Of a stretch of DNA of 36,718 nt, positions 16,940-26,471 are shown piece after piece. Every line of letters begins with the position of its first letter. Positions within the stretch are counted from its first letter, which is position 1. Under the pieces are notes generated by a model. It was not told the origin of the DNA, searched no databases, and saw only the letters and a list, made by a program, of their open reading frames with translations. Made by a program: the position numbers and the translations under genes. Source of the DNA: a virus (taxonomy: Duplodnaviria > Caudoviricetes); the IMG/VR virus record IMGVR_UViG_3300025018_000070, positions 1-36,718 of that record; one strand, written 5' to 3'.

Positions 16940-17817
16940 GTTAGTTCTCCTGTAGTTGAGCAGGTTATTCCGGATAGGCGCAGAGCCTGCCTGTAGTCTA
17001 TTGTCACCTCATCTCCGTCTCGACCACCGTTGCAGCCTGAAATGTCCTTGAGTGCTACGAGGCTGACATCACCACTACCATGGAGCCGCATATAAGCGTT
17101 CGGGGTTTTGGAATGGTTTGTGTACCGACCCAACGGGGTACGCAACCCTTCGATTCTTGCTGGCCCGATGACCTCGTGAGTGGTTACGTTGGCAGTAGCG
17201 AACACCCCTGTACCGTGTATTGGTGACTGACCTAGTTTGAACTTCTGCGCACCACCGGGCATGGGACGCTGGTCACTGGTGTTCTCTGACTGGCGCTGAA
17301 CGGTTTCTGCAGAGAACCCAGACCGGAACAGCACATCAGCGAAATCAGCACGGTCTGGCTCATGCAGTATGTGCTCCGACTTTATGCGTAGTTCGTTCGC
17401 ATCAACCCATGCTGGAGACTTATCCAGGAACATACTTTCGAGCACCTGCACATCACGCTCGGTTGTCGCGTATATGTTCTGCCACACCACGTCTTCCAGG
17501 ATATACCCCATCTTGCGACCGGGTTTGCCTGTGAACATCATAGGAGCGTTCAACTGGTGCGTGGTGCCGTCTTCGTTCATCATGAGCACACTGCCCTTGA
17601 GCAGTATGTTCACGTGCTCTTGGGTCTGCTTGTGCCCAATGGCGAAGATGCCAGCAGCCATGGATACTTCACGGATGTAAATGCCTGGACCGAAATAGTG
17701 GTTTACCGGACAGTAGGACTGTTCGTGCGTGAGCATAGTTGCTTCAGCAGCGCCAACACCTCCGACCACAAGGTTTCGCATGACTTCTGAGGGGTTAAGA
17801 GTGATCGCGTTTACCAT
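16936..17817 (-). CDS. Cupin-like domain fused to SET-domain methyltransferase
   Basis: N-half HYFGPGIYIRE...GHKQ...H..ILLKG; C-half SPIHGTGVFA, GRYTNHSKTPN, GDEVTIDY. Confidence 0.8.
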   Translation of the reverse strand: MVNAITLNPSEVMRNLVVGGVGAAEATMLTHEQSYCPVNHYFGPGIYIREVSMAAGIFAIGHKQTQEHVNILLKGSVLMMNEDGTTHQLNAPMMFTGKPGRKMGYILEDVVWQNIYATTERDVQVLESMFLDKSPAWVDANELRIKSEHILHEPDRADFADVLFRSGFSAETVQRQSENTSDQRPMPGGAQKFKLGQSPIHGTGVFATANVTTHEVIGPARIEGLRTPLGRYTNHSKTPNAYMRLHGSGDVSLVALKDISGCNGGRDGDEVTIDYRQALRLSGITCSTTGELT

Positions 17818-18425
17818 GATGGTATATACCTGATTGTCCCGTTGTCGTTTACACCGATCCACTTAGTTGGGTTTCCTGCTACTGGTGCGTTTAGGATTGT
17901 CCCTGCTGCTACGCCTGCACCATTGGACAGAGATGATAGTGTCTTGTGTAGGATAGCCCCACCAGAGGTTGTAATGTCACCGAACACGATCACGCCCGTT
18001 GCGTCAGTGATCACACGGTCCACGCCACTCAACCTAGCGACCAGAGTATGTACATCAGTCGTATCGAGAGACCCGACGTACACGACGTTTCCTACACTGA
18101 TTCCTAGTATCCGAGTCGCTACTCCTGTCGCGTTTTTTGACTTGACATACTGTGCGTTGTCGGTTTGGATTGTTCCAGAGGTTGTCACCGACGTAAAGCT
18201 GGCAGGTATCAAGTTGCCTGCGATCCATGCTGCCAAAGTCGCCTTGATGTTGGCCCACGTCAGTTTTTTCAACGAGAACGAAGCAGCGCTATCCACCAGT
18301 GGGACCTCGTCAGTGTCCACTGGAGTTGCTTTGCTCGTCGCGGCGTGAGTATCGTCTGCTACCAACGTAGCACTCTGCTTCGATATGTCGCTCAACAGTC
18401 CTCGAGCTTCGTCGTAGTGGGGCAT
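17811..18425 (-). CDS. Tail fibre/needle-like structural protein
   Basis: HAATSKATPVDTDEVPLVDSAASFSLKKLTWANIK fibre motif; C-terminal KWIGVNDNGTIRYIPSW. Confidence 0.6.
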   Translation of the reverse strand: MPHYDEARGLLSDISKQSATLVADDTHAATSKATPVDTDEVPLVDSAASFSLKKLTWANIKATLAAWIAGNLIPASFTSVTTSGTIQTDNAQYVKSKNATGVATRILGISVGNVVYVGSLDTTDVHTLVARLSGVDRVITDATGVIVFGDITTSGGAILHKTLSSLSNGAGVAAGTILNAPVAGNPTKWIGVNDNGTIRYIPSW

Positions 18426-18763
18426 CAGCTTACCTCCCGTCCACTTGCGCGGATGGTAATCGCAGCAGCAGTCCCAGCGAGGGTGCTGATAAAGTCACCA
18501 GGATTCAGTACATGCCCCACCACTTCAGGGAATGTGTACGCCTCGCCGGGTTGCAGCGTCTTGGCTGAAACGATTGTGTTGGTGGCAGCAGCAGCACCCC
18601 CAGAAGCGACCAACTTCACAGTCAATGTAGCGACAGCCGTGGTTGTGTTTGTGCCTGTGAACTTATCGACTATAGTCCGGGTGCCCGTTGGGGCAGTGTA
18701 CTGAGTGGTTTCAGCGTTCTGTGCTTGCAGAGGTTCGAATAGTGCTTTTGCAGTTACGGTCAT
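18425..18763 (-). CDS. Small beta-rich virion protein
   Basis: AGGAG RBS; Thr/Ala-rich; ends ASGREVS; in tail block. Confidence 0.65.
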   Translation of the reverse strand: MTVTAKALFEPLQAQNAETTQYTAPTGTRTIVDKFTGTNTTTAVATLTVKLVASGGAAAATNTIVSAKTLQPGEAYTFPEVVGHVLNPGDFISTLAGTAAAITIRASGREVS

Positions 18764-18772
18764 GAAGTGCTC

Positions 18773-19159
18773 CTAAATGAGAATACCTTGTTTGATAGAA
18801 TCCAGCTCTTTTACCAGTTCGGCTACCCGGTCTTGCAGGGCTGACAACTCAGCGGTGATATTGTCTACCTGCGCTTCTCGTTGGTATGGGTCCTGGGAAG
18901 TATCTGTCTGAGCATCAGGATATTGACCTTGGGGGTTCTGGCCTGCTGCGTCTTCTACGTTGAACAACATGGCGTTTGTTTCGCTGTTGCCTGCGTCTTC
19001 GAACAGGCTGGCTTCCAGTTCCGTAGTGCTTACCCCGTCAGCACCACCAACACGGTTGAAAACCCCTTGGAAGAACAGATACCACTCACGGGATATCATA
19101 CCTGTGCGTGGGTCAACGAGCTGTACTCGTGGGGGGACGAAACGCAAAGCTTCATTCAT
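18773..19159 (-). CDS. Tail-associated protein after gp10-like gene
   Basis: VDPRTGMISREWYLFF N-terminus; C-terminal coiled coil. Confidence 0.6.
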   Translation of the reverse strand: MNEALRFVPPRVQLVDPRTGMISREWYLFFQGVFNRVGGADGVSTTELEASLFEDAGNSETNAMLFNVEDAAGQNPQGQYPDAQTDTSQDPYQREAQVDNITAELSALQDRVAELVKELDSIKQGILI

Positions 19160-20583
19160 GATGTACCTGTCCTGACTTGTACGCTGGCCCCGACTATTGC
19201 CACCCGTATAGGGTCTGTGATTACTACTCTGAACACACGGTCACGACTACGACCGAGCCTACGCCACTTCACCCGGCTACGACGTTCGCCTATCTTGCCG
19301 ATGGAGGCCCAGAGCTCGTTGCTCCAGGAGTACCCACCGTCAGTAGACCATTGAAGCATCGCTTGTGGGTCACTACCCTGCCCAGAAGACAGCCCCACAC
19401 CAGTCTGCATATCCACCTGTAGTGAGTCGAAGAATTGGTATCTGTAGCTCTGGTCCGAGGTATGGGGGCAGGATCGCACGCGGCTGATGAGGTCTCCGTT
19501 GTCGGTAAAGTAGTCCAGGTCGAGCACGTAGAGATTACCTGTTTCCCAGTCACCAACGATCGTTTCACCCGCGAAGGCCATCTGGCATATAGCTCTATCT
19601 TGCTTCAACGTGCCTGTCGACGGGTCACGCCATGCGCGTTCATGCCATAGATTCGTTGCAGCGTCGTAGACCCACGTCTTCTGAGCAGTAGGAAAGTTCA
19701 GCACATAAAACGAGTGGCCTTCCTGCTGATAAGTGTACGATACAGCATCGTCGATACGAGGCATCTGCCCCAAGGCGTATTCGAGTGCGTGAGTACTCAC
19801 ACGTTGGGGGCTGTACCCTTGCGCTCGTTGCACGGTGCCTTGACCACGTTCATCTGCGGTGAGCCAATACACGGTGTTGTCCATCTTAGCAGGGCTGAAC
19901 TTCGCAGCGCAACCCTGCTCGATAAACGCTCCGTTGATGCGTTCGAACGGGAAGTCCACGTTACCACTGTTGAAGAATACTTCGGTACTGGTTTCACCGA
20001 ACAACCATATTTCCCTGTGGTCCACCAGCAGGGACAGCAGTATGTCTGGAGCGCCCTCAGCAGTGGCGAAATCTAAACCATCAATGTCAGTGCCGTAGAG
20101 TTGTGTTATCTGGAATTGTCCAGTACCTGTCTTGTTGAACACAAAATAACCATCGATGAACTGGACCGTGTCTGCCCCCACAAAGTCAGGGTCAGTGATT
20201 TGAGTAACAGTATTCGCAGCAGTATCTACGATGAACCCGTTTGGGCCTGTTACCAGCATAACCACGGTTCCGTTGCTCGCCATGCCAACAGGGGTAGTCT
20301 GTGAGTCGATTGTGCCTATCAGCGTGCCGTTGGCTAGTGCATCCAGCTTGTACACGTTATACCCGACGACAGCGACAGCGACGCCATCATTGATCTTGAT
20401 CAGTCCCCGGACTCGACTACCTGACAACGTGGACCAGAGTCTTTTACCGGGCGTACCCAGCAGCATCACGACAGACTTACTCGTTGGGGTGCCTGTCTCA
20501 GGGCATAGGTTGATGCACTGTTCTGCGTCGAACGAAGCACTGCGAGCAGCGTAGCTGGCTCCAACGAATGGAAACTGCGACAT
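19156..20583 (-). CDS. Tail hub / packaged DNA stabilization protein (P22 gp10-like)
   Basis: 475 aa beta-propeller-like; DGYFVF, FATAEGAPD, TWVYDAAT..WHER, WRRLG. Confidence 0.88.
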   Translation of the reverse strand: MSQFPFVGASYAARSASFDAEQCINLCPETGTPTSKSVVMLLGTPGKRLWSTLSGSRVRGLIKINDGVAVAVVGYNVYKLDALANGTLIGTIDSQTTPVGMASNGTVVMLVTGPNGFIVDTAANTVTQITDPDFVGADTVQFIDGYFVFNKTGTGQFQITQLYGTDIDGLDFATAEGAPDILLSLLVDHREIWLFGETSTEVFFNSGNVDFPFERINGAFIEQGCAAKFSPAKMDNTVYWLTADERGQGTVQRAQGYSPQRVSTHALEYALGQMPRIDDAVSYTYQQEGHSFYVLNFPTAQKTWVYDAATNLWHERAWRDPSTGTLKQDRAICQMAFAGETIVGDWETGNLYVLDLDYFTDNGDLISRVRSCPHTSDQSYRYQFFDSLQVDMQTGVGLSSGQGSDPQAMLQWSTDGGYSWSNELWASIGKIGERRSRVKWRRLGRSRDRVFRVVITDPIRVAIVGASVQVRTGTS

Positions 20584-20584
20584 A

Positions 20585-21289
20585 TCAGTACCCCCGTTGG
20601 TAGAGTGCTACCTGAGGTACTGTCAGAGCTGCATCACAGGCAGATTCCAGCAGAGGTAGGTTCGAACGTTTGTAATCGCCCTTGGAATCAGCAGCGACAG
20701 CCATCACTGTTGGGCTTGCTTCCACACCGAACTCAGGGGCGAACTCCACTGCAAGGCAGTACCGTATGGCTTTCAAGAAGCCGGGAGGCCCTGTCAACGT
20801 ATCGGTTGCCAGCACGGGGAAGCTCAGGATACGGTTCATGGTCAGCGTGATGGGGAGCGCCTGAGTAGGCACAGGCCACACAGTAACGACGCCCAGCGGG
20901 AACTCGTTCACGTAGAGCATGCGTTCTACGATAGGCTGAGCCATGGACTTCAGGTTGATCTCGTTGTACATCTCTTGGCTGATGACCTTCACAGGGAAGT
21001 CCACACCGCTGAACGTGCAGTAGGAGTCATCGATGTTCTGGGGTCGTGTGGTGTTCCAGTCACCAGCAGGCCCGATCGTGTATGTACGCTGGCCTGCAAC
21101 GAGGTTGAACGTTTGGTTGCTGGAACCCCAGACCGACAGGGTTTCTGTGGACCAGTTCTCCAGCATGTCGTTGAGCACCAGCAAGCCATCAGCGGTTTCG
21201 TCTGCTGTTGGGGTTTCACCAGTGGCGATAGCACCTATGAGGCGCATGGATGACCGTATGAGGTCTGAAACTACGATACCGCTGGGCAT
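20585..21289 (-). CDS. Head-to-tail adaptor (P22 gp4-like)
   Basis: DLIRSSMRLIGAIATGETP...LNDMLENW; LAVEFAPEFG. Confidence 0.8.
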   Translation of the reverse strand: MPSGIVVSDLIRSSMRLIGAIATGETPTADETADGLLVLNDMLENWSTETLSVWGSSNQTFNLVAGQRTYTIGPAGDWNTTRPQNIDDSYCTFSGVDFPVKVISQEMYNEINLKSMAQPIVERMLYVNEFPLGVVTVWPVPTQALPITLTMNRILSFPVLATDTLTGPPGFLKAIRYCLAVEFAPEFGVEASPTVMAVAADSKGDYKRSNLPLLESACDAALTVPQVALYQRGY

Positions 21290-21320
21290 TTGGTACCTCC
21301 TAGGGGGTTAAGACATGCGG

Positions 21321-21431
21321 GCGAAGGGCAAAAACCATCGTAGGCTACGTTTTTGGGTCCTTGGCTAGGGGCTGGCATAGGTTTGGGGCCAACAAAGCCC
21401 CAAAACCACGCAAACCGATACCGAGTGTATC
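21321..21431. repeat. Composite intergenic element, copy 2
   Basis: Same ordered sub-motifs and 21-nt spacing as 9592-9696. Confidence 0.7.
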
Positions 21432-21435
21432 GGGG

Positions 21436-21648
21436 TTACTTGCCGTTCTTGGCCTTGATCGCCAGCTTTGCAGACTCTTCAGCGTCAGCCTTGGCAGCGA
21501 GCGCAACAGCCTTGGCTTCGGCAGCAGCTTTCTCAGCGATTTCGAGTTGCTCAACTTCCCAGTCTTCGAGGAGCTGAGTCTTTTCCTTCTCGTTCTGGAC
21601 GAGGACAGGCCCGATACCGGGGGCGCGAGTGATCCATTGAGGGTACAT
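21436..21648 (-). CDS. Hypothetical protein (70 aa)
   Basis: GGAG RBS; MYPQW start; Ala/Lys/Glu-rich tail. Confidence 0.65.
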   Translation of the reverse strand: MYPQWITRAPGIGPVLVQNEKEKTQLLEDWEVEQLEIAEKAAAEAKAVALAAKADAEESAKLAIKAKNGK

Positions 21649-21679
21649 GGTGTATTCTCCGTGTGTGAAGGGTGCAACA

Positions 21680-21736
21680 CTGCTACAGACCTAGGGTTAT
21701 AACCCCTTTAGGGGGTTAACCCAATGGTTGTAGCAG
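21680..21736. promoter_or_regulatory. Long imperfect hairpin after putative decoration gene
   Basis: CTGCTACA..ACC..GGGTT..AACCCC / GGGGTT.AACCC..GGT.TGTAGCAG. Confidence 0.55.
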
Positions 21737-21742
21737 CCGAAG

Positions 21743-22138
21743 TTAGCTGAGGTTAGTCAGACCACCGAATGGTCCAAGCACTGCCCAATCAATCGCGACA
21801 GCAGCAGTGGCAGCAGCGTTCAGGGCGAACGTTACCGAGCCAGCAGCAGGAGTGATGCGGGTGATGTACAGAGCAGTACCGTCAGCAGCAGCGTTTGACA
21901 AAGTTGCAGCGACTTTGGTCTCTGTGGTGAACGCTGGGTTCGTAACCACAACGGAAGTGCCAGCAGCGGCGATACCCACACGACCACCGGGCATCGTGGT
22001 TGTCACGGCACCAGGAGTCACAGGGCCTGCCGACACGGTAGCCAGATTTTGAGCAACGAGGGCAGCTTCGACCGAGGCCGGGAGCTGAACGATGGTGCCA
22101 GCCAAGTAGCCAGCGTATGCACGAGAAAGAAGAACCAT
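21743..22138 (-). CDS. Putative capsid decoration/cement protein
   Basis: Ala/Thr/Val-rich, 131 aa, immediately after coat gene; AAGGA RBS. Confidence 0.6.
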   Translation of the reverse strand: MVLLSRAYAGYLAGTIVQLPASVEAALVAQNLATVSAGPVTPGAVTTTMPGGRVGIAAAGTSVVVTNPAFTTETKVAATLSNAAADGTALYITRITPAAGSVTFALNAAATAAVAIDWAVLGPFGGLTNLS

Positions 22139-22173
22139 GATTGAATTCCTTGGAGTTGGTGAAGTTCAGACAG

Positions 22174-22193
22174 GAGGGAGCCGAAGCCCCCTC
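22174..22193 (-). promoter_or_regulatory. UUCG stem-loop after major capsid gene
   Basis: Minus strand GAGGGGGC-TTCG-GCTCCCTC, no U-tract. Confidence 0.55.
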
Positions 22194-22199
22194 ACATGA

Positions 22200-23411
22200 T
22201 CAAGTCGCGTACAGGCAAGACAGCTCAGGGTACGTTGCAGCCCAACCGAACAGCACGTCAAGACGCATGATGCTGTTGTCGTTGACACCGTCATAGAACT
22301 CGGTGACCTTCACGGTGAAGCCCTTGTAGGTTTCCTGAGCCACGTCGATGACGCCCTTGCCACCAGGAGGAGCCCACATTGGCACCATCGCCAGCGTGAA
22401 GGCATCCTTGTGGAAGCCAACGTTCGCTTGGTACGAGCCAGAGGCAGTACCGAAGATAACGAAAGGCTGACCAGCGGTCGGCGATGCAGTCACGTTCTGG
22501 AAGGCACCAGAGGTCACGATAGCAGGACTGATCGGGATGCTCGCAGCAGCAGCAGCCACATCAGCAGTCACGGTGAATTGCGCCAGCACGCCAGTGGACA
22601 CACGAGACTGAGGGTTGACCGCGAACACACCGGGGAGGGTGATCTTGGTGCCACGAGTGATCGTGCCGCCCAGACCCACGACGGTGATAGCGGAGCCCAC
22701 TTGGTTCGCACCGTTCACGTTTGTGCCTGCAACAGCTTGCGTACCGTTGGTGTGGGTGTCAACGTTCTGGTCCATGGCGTAAGCCAGACCAAGTGAGTCA
22801 ACCATCATGCCGGAGCCGAACTGCTTGCTGATCTTGTCGCCACTGTTGAACAACCCTGCGAAACCTTGGATGGTCGCAGCGTTGAGCGCAGGAGACATGA
22901 TCAGACCACGACGCTTGTCGCGAGGAGCAGCCATCTCGTCCAGGCGCTGGTTGACACCAGTGATAGCGGCGAGCGCCAGAGCTTGGGTTGCAGGCAGCGT
23001 GCCTGGAGTGCCGATGGTGTTGAACGTAGCCTGACGCGCGAGGGTCAAACCCTGACGATCAATCTCGTTGGCAACAGTAGCCAGAGCAGCTTGCAGCTTG
23101 TCTTCGAGCTTCTGAAGGGACAGGGTGCGTTCCAACGAAGTGAAGTTCAGGTCACAACCACCTTGACTCAGGGTCAACGGAGTTGTGGTTTCAACCGTTG
23201 CTTGAGGTGCTGCAACACGACCAGAACGGTATGTGTAGCGAGGAGGACGCTTGATGTTGATGGTTTGACCAGGAGAGTAGCCACGGGATTGGTTGCCCGT
23301 GAACTCATCTTCCCAGTCGCGATTGACCATGCCCGCGAATGCGACCATGTTTTCCAGAATTGCCAGTGATTCTTTGGCAACGATGGAGCAGGTGACAAGA
23401 GTATTCGTCAT
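22200..23411 (-). CDS. Major capsid protein (P22 coat-like)
   Basis: GQTINIKRP, FHKDAFTLAMVP, RLDVLFGW; 403 aa; follows scaffold. Confidence 0.92.
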   Translation of the reverse strand: MTNTLVTCSIVAKESLAILENMVAFAGMVNRDWEDEFTGNQSRGYSPGQTINIKRPPRYTYRSGRVAAPQATVETTTPLTLSQGGCDLNFTSLERTLSLQKLEDKLQAALATVANEIDRQGLTLARQATFNTIGTPGTLPATQALALAAITGVNQRLDEMAAPRDKRRGLIMSPALNAATIQGFAGLFNSGDKISKQFGSGMMVDSLGLAYAMDQNVDTHTNGTQAVAGTNVNGANQVGSAITVVGLGGTITRGTKITLPGVFAVNPQSRVSTGVLAQFTVTADVAAAAASIPISPAIVTSGAFQNVTASPTAGQPFVIFGTASGSYQANVGFHKDAFTLAMVPMWAPPGGKGVIDVAQETYKGFTVKVTEFYDGVNDNSIMRLDVLFGWAATYPELSCLYAT

Positions 23412-23439
23412 GTTGAAATTCCTTCAGATTACAGATTGG

Positions 23440-24288
23440 TTACTGCGCCCAGCGAGCGCCTTGGGACTTGCGTTGAGCCATGTATTCACCCATGCTGGCT
23501 GTTGCCAACGCTGGCTGAGTAGCACGACCCTGCGTCACCGTGGTGCTCGCTGGCGCTGGAGTGGTGCTGAGCTTCTTGCTTGGCACCACCGGAGCCGTCT
23601 TGGTCGGGAGCGTAGCCTCCAACTTACCGATCTCGCGAGCGGCTTGCATGGGGGTCATACCGTTGAGGCTCTGCAGTACATCCGGGTTCTTGGCGAAGTG
23701 ATAGGCCAGCTCTGGTCCCCGATCGCTTTCCATGAGTGCTTCGCCTACGTGGTTAGCTATGGGGGTTTCTGAGGCCCCCACCACTGCATCGTAGTCTGGC
23801 AACACGGCACGAGTGGCGACCTGACGTTCTGCGAAGGTCTGGCTTCGGGTTTCAGCAACCTTGCGGGTACTGTCCTGTTCCATACGCTTCGCCACTGCCT
23901 GTTCGGTCTTCCAATCGGTCAAGGCTTCAACGTAGTCACCGTAGTCGTCGTACTTGTCAGGGGTAGGCTTTGTGGGCGCAGCCGGAGCCGATTGTTGCGC
24001 CTGACCCTGTTGGGCGATTCCTCGCCAGTACGATGCCTCACGCTCAGCCTCACGGCGAGCACGGGTGAGTTCGTCGATACGAGGCTGAACGCCTTTGAAG
24101 CGTCCCTTCTCGTCCCGGTCGTTCTGCTGGTCTTCTTCGGACTGCTCTTCGACCTTTACGTCTTCGGTTTGAGCTGCTTCTACCCTGGGGGCCTGCTCAG
24201 GCTGATCGAACGAGATTGTCGTTGTCTCAATCTTCGGGGCTTCCGTTTGGCTTGACTGCTCGACTTGTGTGGTTTCTGGCACGATCAT
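23440..24288 (-). CDS. Scaffolding protein
   Basis: Acidic N-terminus; GVQPRIDELT; GPELAYHFAKNP; AAREIGKLE. Confidence 0.85.
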   Translation of the reverse strand: MIVPETTQVEQSSQTEAPKIETTTISFDQPEQAPRVEAAQTEDVKVEEQSEEDQQNDRDEKGRFKGVQPRIDELTRARREAEREASYWRGIAQQGQAQQSAPAAPTKPTPDKYDDYGDYVEALTDWKTEQAVAKRMEQDSTRKVAETRSQTFAERQVATRAVLPDYDAVVGASETPIANHVGEALMESDRGPELAYHFAKNPDVLQSLNGMTPMQAAREIGKLEATLPTKTAPVVPSKKLSTTPAPASTTVTQGRATQPALATASMGEYMAQRKSQGARWAQ

Positions 24289-26471
24289 TGCGCGATCTCC
24301 GGCCCGGATTCAGCCACTCCGGTAGGGGCACCCTGTTGCGCCTGATCTGCAGGGGGGTATCCTGCAGGACGAGTAATAGATTGAGACGCATTGTTATCGT
24401 CCTCGGCAAGGTCTGCTGAGACATCGGCGACCAGTGCGGGAGGGGGTTGCATCTTGACCAGCAGCATCTGAATCATGCCCTTGAGCTCTTCGACGTCTTC
24501 CTTGCTCTCAGCGTTGATCTTGGCGATAGTAATCTGGGTCTCAGCCTGCAAACGAGCCTTGTCCATGCCCGTGTTGGCATCAGACAGCTCCTTGCCCATC
24601 TGCTGCATCTGCTGGTCCATCTGCGCCAGCATGGGGCCGACCTGATCCTTGGGCATGAGGCCTTTCGGCGTGTCCACCATGTTGGCATCGGTGCCCTCAC
24701 CACCTTCGTCATCACGGAGCTCAGGGGGCATGGTCTTCTCGATACGGTCAGCAATTTCCTCCGACATAGGCCAGTCCATAGAGCGCACGATCTTGTCGCC
24801 TGCTACGTCCATCAGCTTCGGCCAGCTCTTGGCTGTTTGGATCATGCCATCCACTGCTTCCTGGCGCAGGGTATCGTAGCTCGGACCCACGCTGATGGTC
24901 ACACCGTAGTTGGCTACGCTGGACATGTCATTCATCAGCTTCTCAACTGCCTGCCCTGTCTCGTCCTGCTCAACGGTAGGCTTGTTCACCTCCACCGACT
25001 TGACCTTGCCATCCATGCCCATGATCTGCATGGTGCGAGTACCGTCGTACACCTTCGGCCACATGTTCAGGATGCAACGACCCACGTGACGCAGTGTGGT
25101 GTTCAAGTTGTCGATGTAGTGGTAGTTGGCTGTTTCACCCTGACGGTCACGGCGACCGATAGCCACGCCACTGGTCTCGTTGGACCGGGCACCCAGCGAG
25201 GCATCGAACAGGCCAGTGGTGCTCTTGATATCGTCGCTGGCGTGTGCAGCCATTGCCAGTACACCAGTAGGTACATCTGCCATGTGCTGACGCTGGGGAG
25301 GGGGTGCAAGCTGGCCAGCGAGGGTCTTGGGCTTGTACTCCAAGTACGGGAACGAACGCACATTGGCTTCACGCCACTTGGACTCGTGTCCCTCGAACTG
25401 ACCTTCAGCACCGATGAACGGGGCCTTGGGGATGAGGCCGACCTGCTCCGTTGCGCTGGTCATCCAGTAGTTGTACATGCGAGCAGGGTCTTTCGCATTG
25501 CGGATCATGCCGCTACGGTACACCCTGCCATCCAGGTCAATCTCATCACCCACCACTGGAAACACCGGAATCCACTTGCATGGGATGTCAGCACGCTCCA
25601 GCACTTCGATAGCACTTAGCTTGAACCACTGCACTGTTGGACGCAGGCTCTTGCGTGTTTTGACTACGGTGACGCCTTCAGGCATCTCGATGAGCTTGTC
25701 CTTGTACCCGCTTTCGCCGTTGCTGAGCAGCACCACTTCCACTGCTTCGTTGTGGATACGGTAGTACTCGGCCACACGCACCTCGGTATCGGTGATCCAG
25801 TCGTTGGAGCGGTCGCCTAGGCCACGCACCACGCCGAAGTCACAGGGGTCTGCCTTGGGGTGCTCCAGCACGAACTCGGTACGTGCCTGCTTCGACGACA
25901 GGATGCACCACTGCTGGTCAGAGCCATCAATCTCGATGCATCCGGGGTCCATGTACACGGTGAACGGGTTCCGTATGCGCTTGAACTGAATCTCTTGGTC
26001 GAAGCTATCAGGTGACACGTAGTCGGTGATGAGGCGGAAGTATCCGAAGCCGATGGCTGCTGCGCTGTTGACCGCTGTATCCTTGGCTACGTCGGCGTTG
26101 CTGGCATACTCGATGTGGCGGATGCCACCCTGCACCACTTCAGCCACCTTCTTATCGTCATCGTTCGTGGGGTGAACCTTGATGCTCGGTACGTTCTGGC
26201 GCTGGCTGTTGGTCACCTGATGCAGTGATGTAGGCAGCTTGTTGATGGTCAGGCAGGGTCGGCCATCCAGAGCACGCTGCTGCTTGATGCGCTCGTCCCA
26301 CTGGTCGCCCTTCAGGAAGGCAAGGTCGTCAAGACCATTGGTGCGGTTCTCACCGTCTGCTGCCATGCTGATACGCATGCGGTCCATACACTCGGCGATG
26401 ATGGCTGCATCATCCTTCGTGTCGGCCTGCTTGTCGTGGTCGACTTGGGTCTGGTCTGGGGTGCTGCTCAT
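24285..26471 (-). CDS. Portal protein (P22 gp1-like)
   Basis: GDQW, RPCLTINKL, AKDPARMYNYW, NETSGVAI, GPSYDTLRQE; C-terminal coiled coil. Confidence 0.93.
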   Translation of the reverse strand: MSSTPDQTQVDHDKQADTKDDAAIIAECMDRMRISMAADGENRTNGLDDLAFLKGDQWDERIKQQRALDGRPCLTINKLPTSLHQVTNSQRQNVPSIKVHPTNDDDKKVAEVVQGGIRHIEYASNADVAKDTAVNSAAAIGFGYFRLITDYVSPDSFDQEIQFKRIRNPFTVYMDPGCIEIDGSDQQWCILSSKQARTEFVLEHPKADPCDFGVVRGLGDRSNDWITDTEVRVAEYYRIHNEAVEVVLLSNGESGYKDKLIEMPEGVTVVKTRKSLRPTVQWFKLSAIEVLERADIPCKWIPVFPVVGDEIDLDGRVYRSGMIRNAKDPARMYNYWMTSATEQVGLIPKAPFIGAEGQFEGHESKWREANVRSFPYLEYKPKTLAGQLAPPPQRQHMADVPTGVLAMAAHASDDIKSTTGLFDASLGARSNETSGVAIGRRDRQGETANYHYIDNLNTTLRHVGRCILNMWPKVYDGTRTMQIMGMDGKVKSVEVNKPTVEQDETGQAVEKLMNDMSSVANYGVTISVGPSYDTLRQEAVDGMIQTAKSWPKLMDVAGDKIVRSMDWPMSEEIADRIEKTMPPELRDDEGGEGTDANMVDTPKGLMPKDQVGPMLAQMDQQMQQMGKELSDANTGMDKARLQAETQITIAKINAESKEDVEELKGMIQMLLVKMQPPPALVADVSADLAEDDNNASQSITRPAGYPPADQAQQGAPTGVAESGPEIAQ

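Noticed and set aside
24447-25619. Long antisense ORFs (e.g. 24447-25619, 32795-33799, 15304-16182, 7873-8694)
   Set aside because: Shadow frames of well-supported genes in GC-rich DNA, with no recognisable motifs
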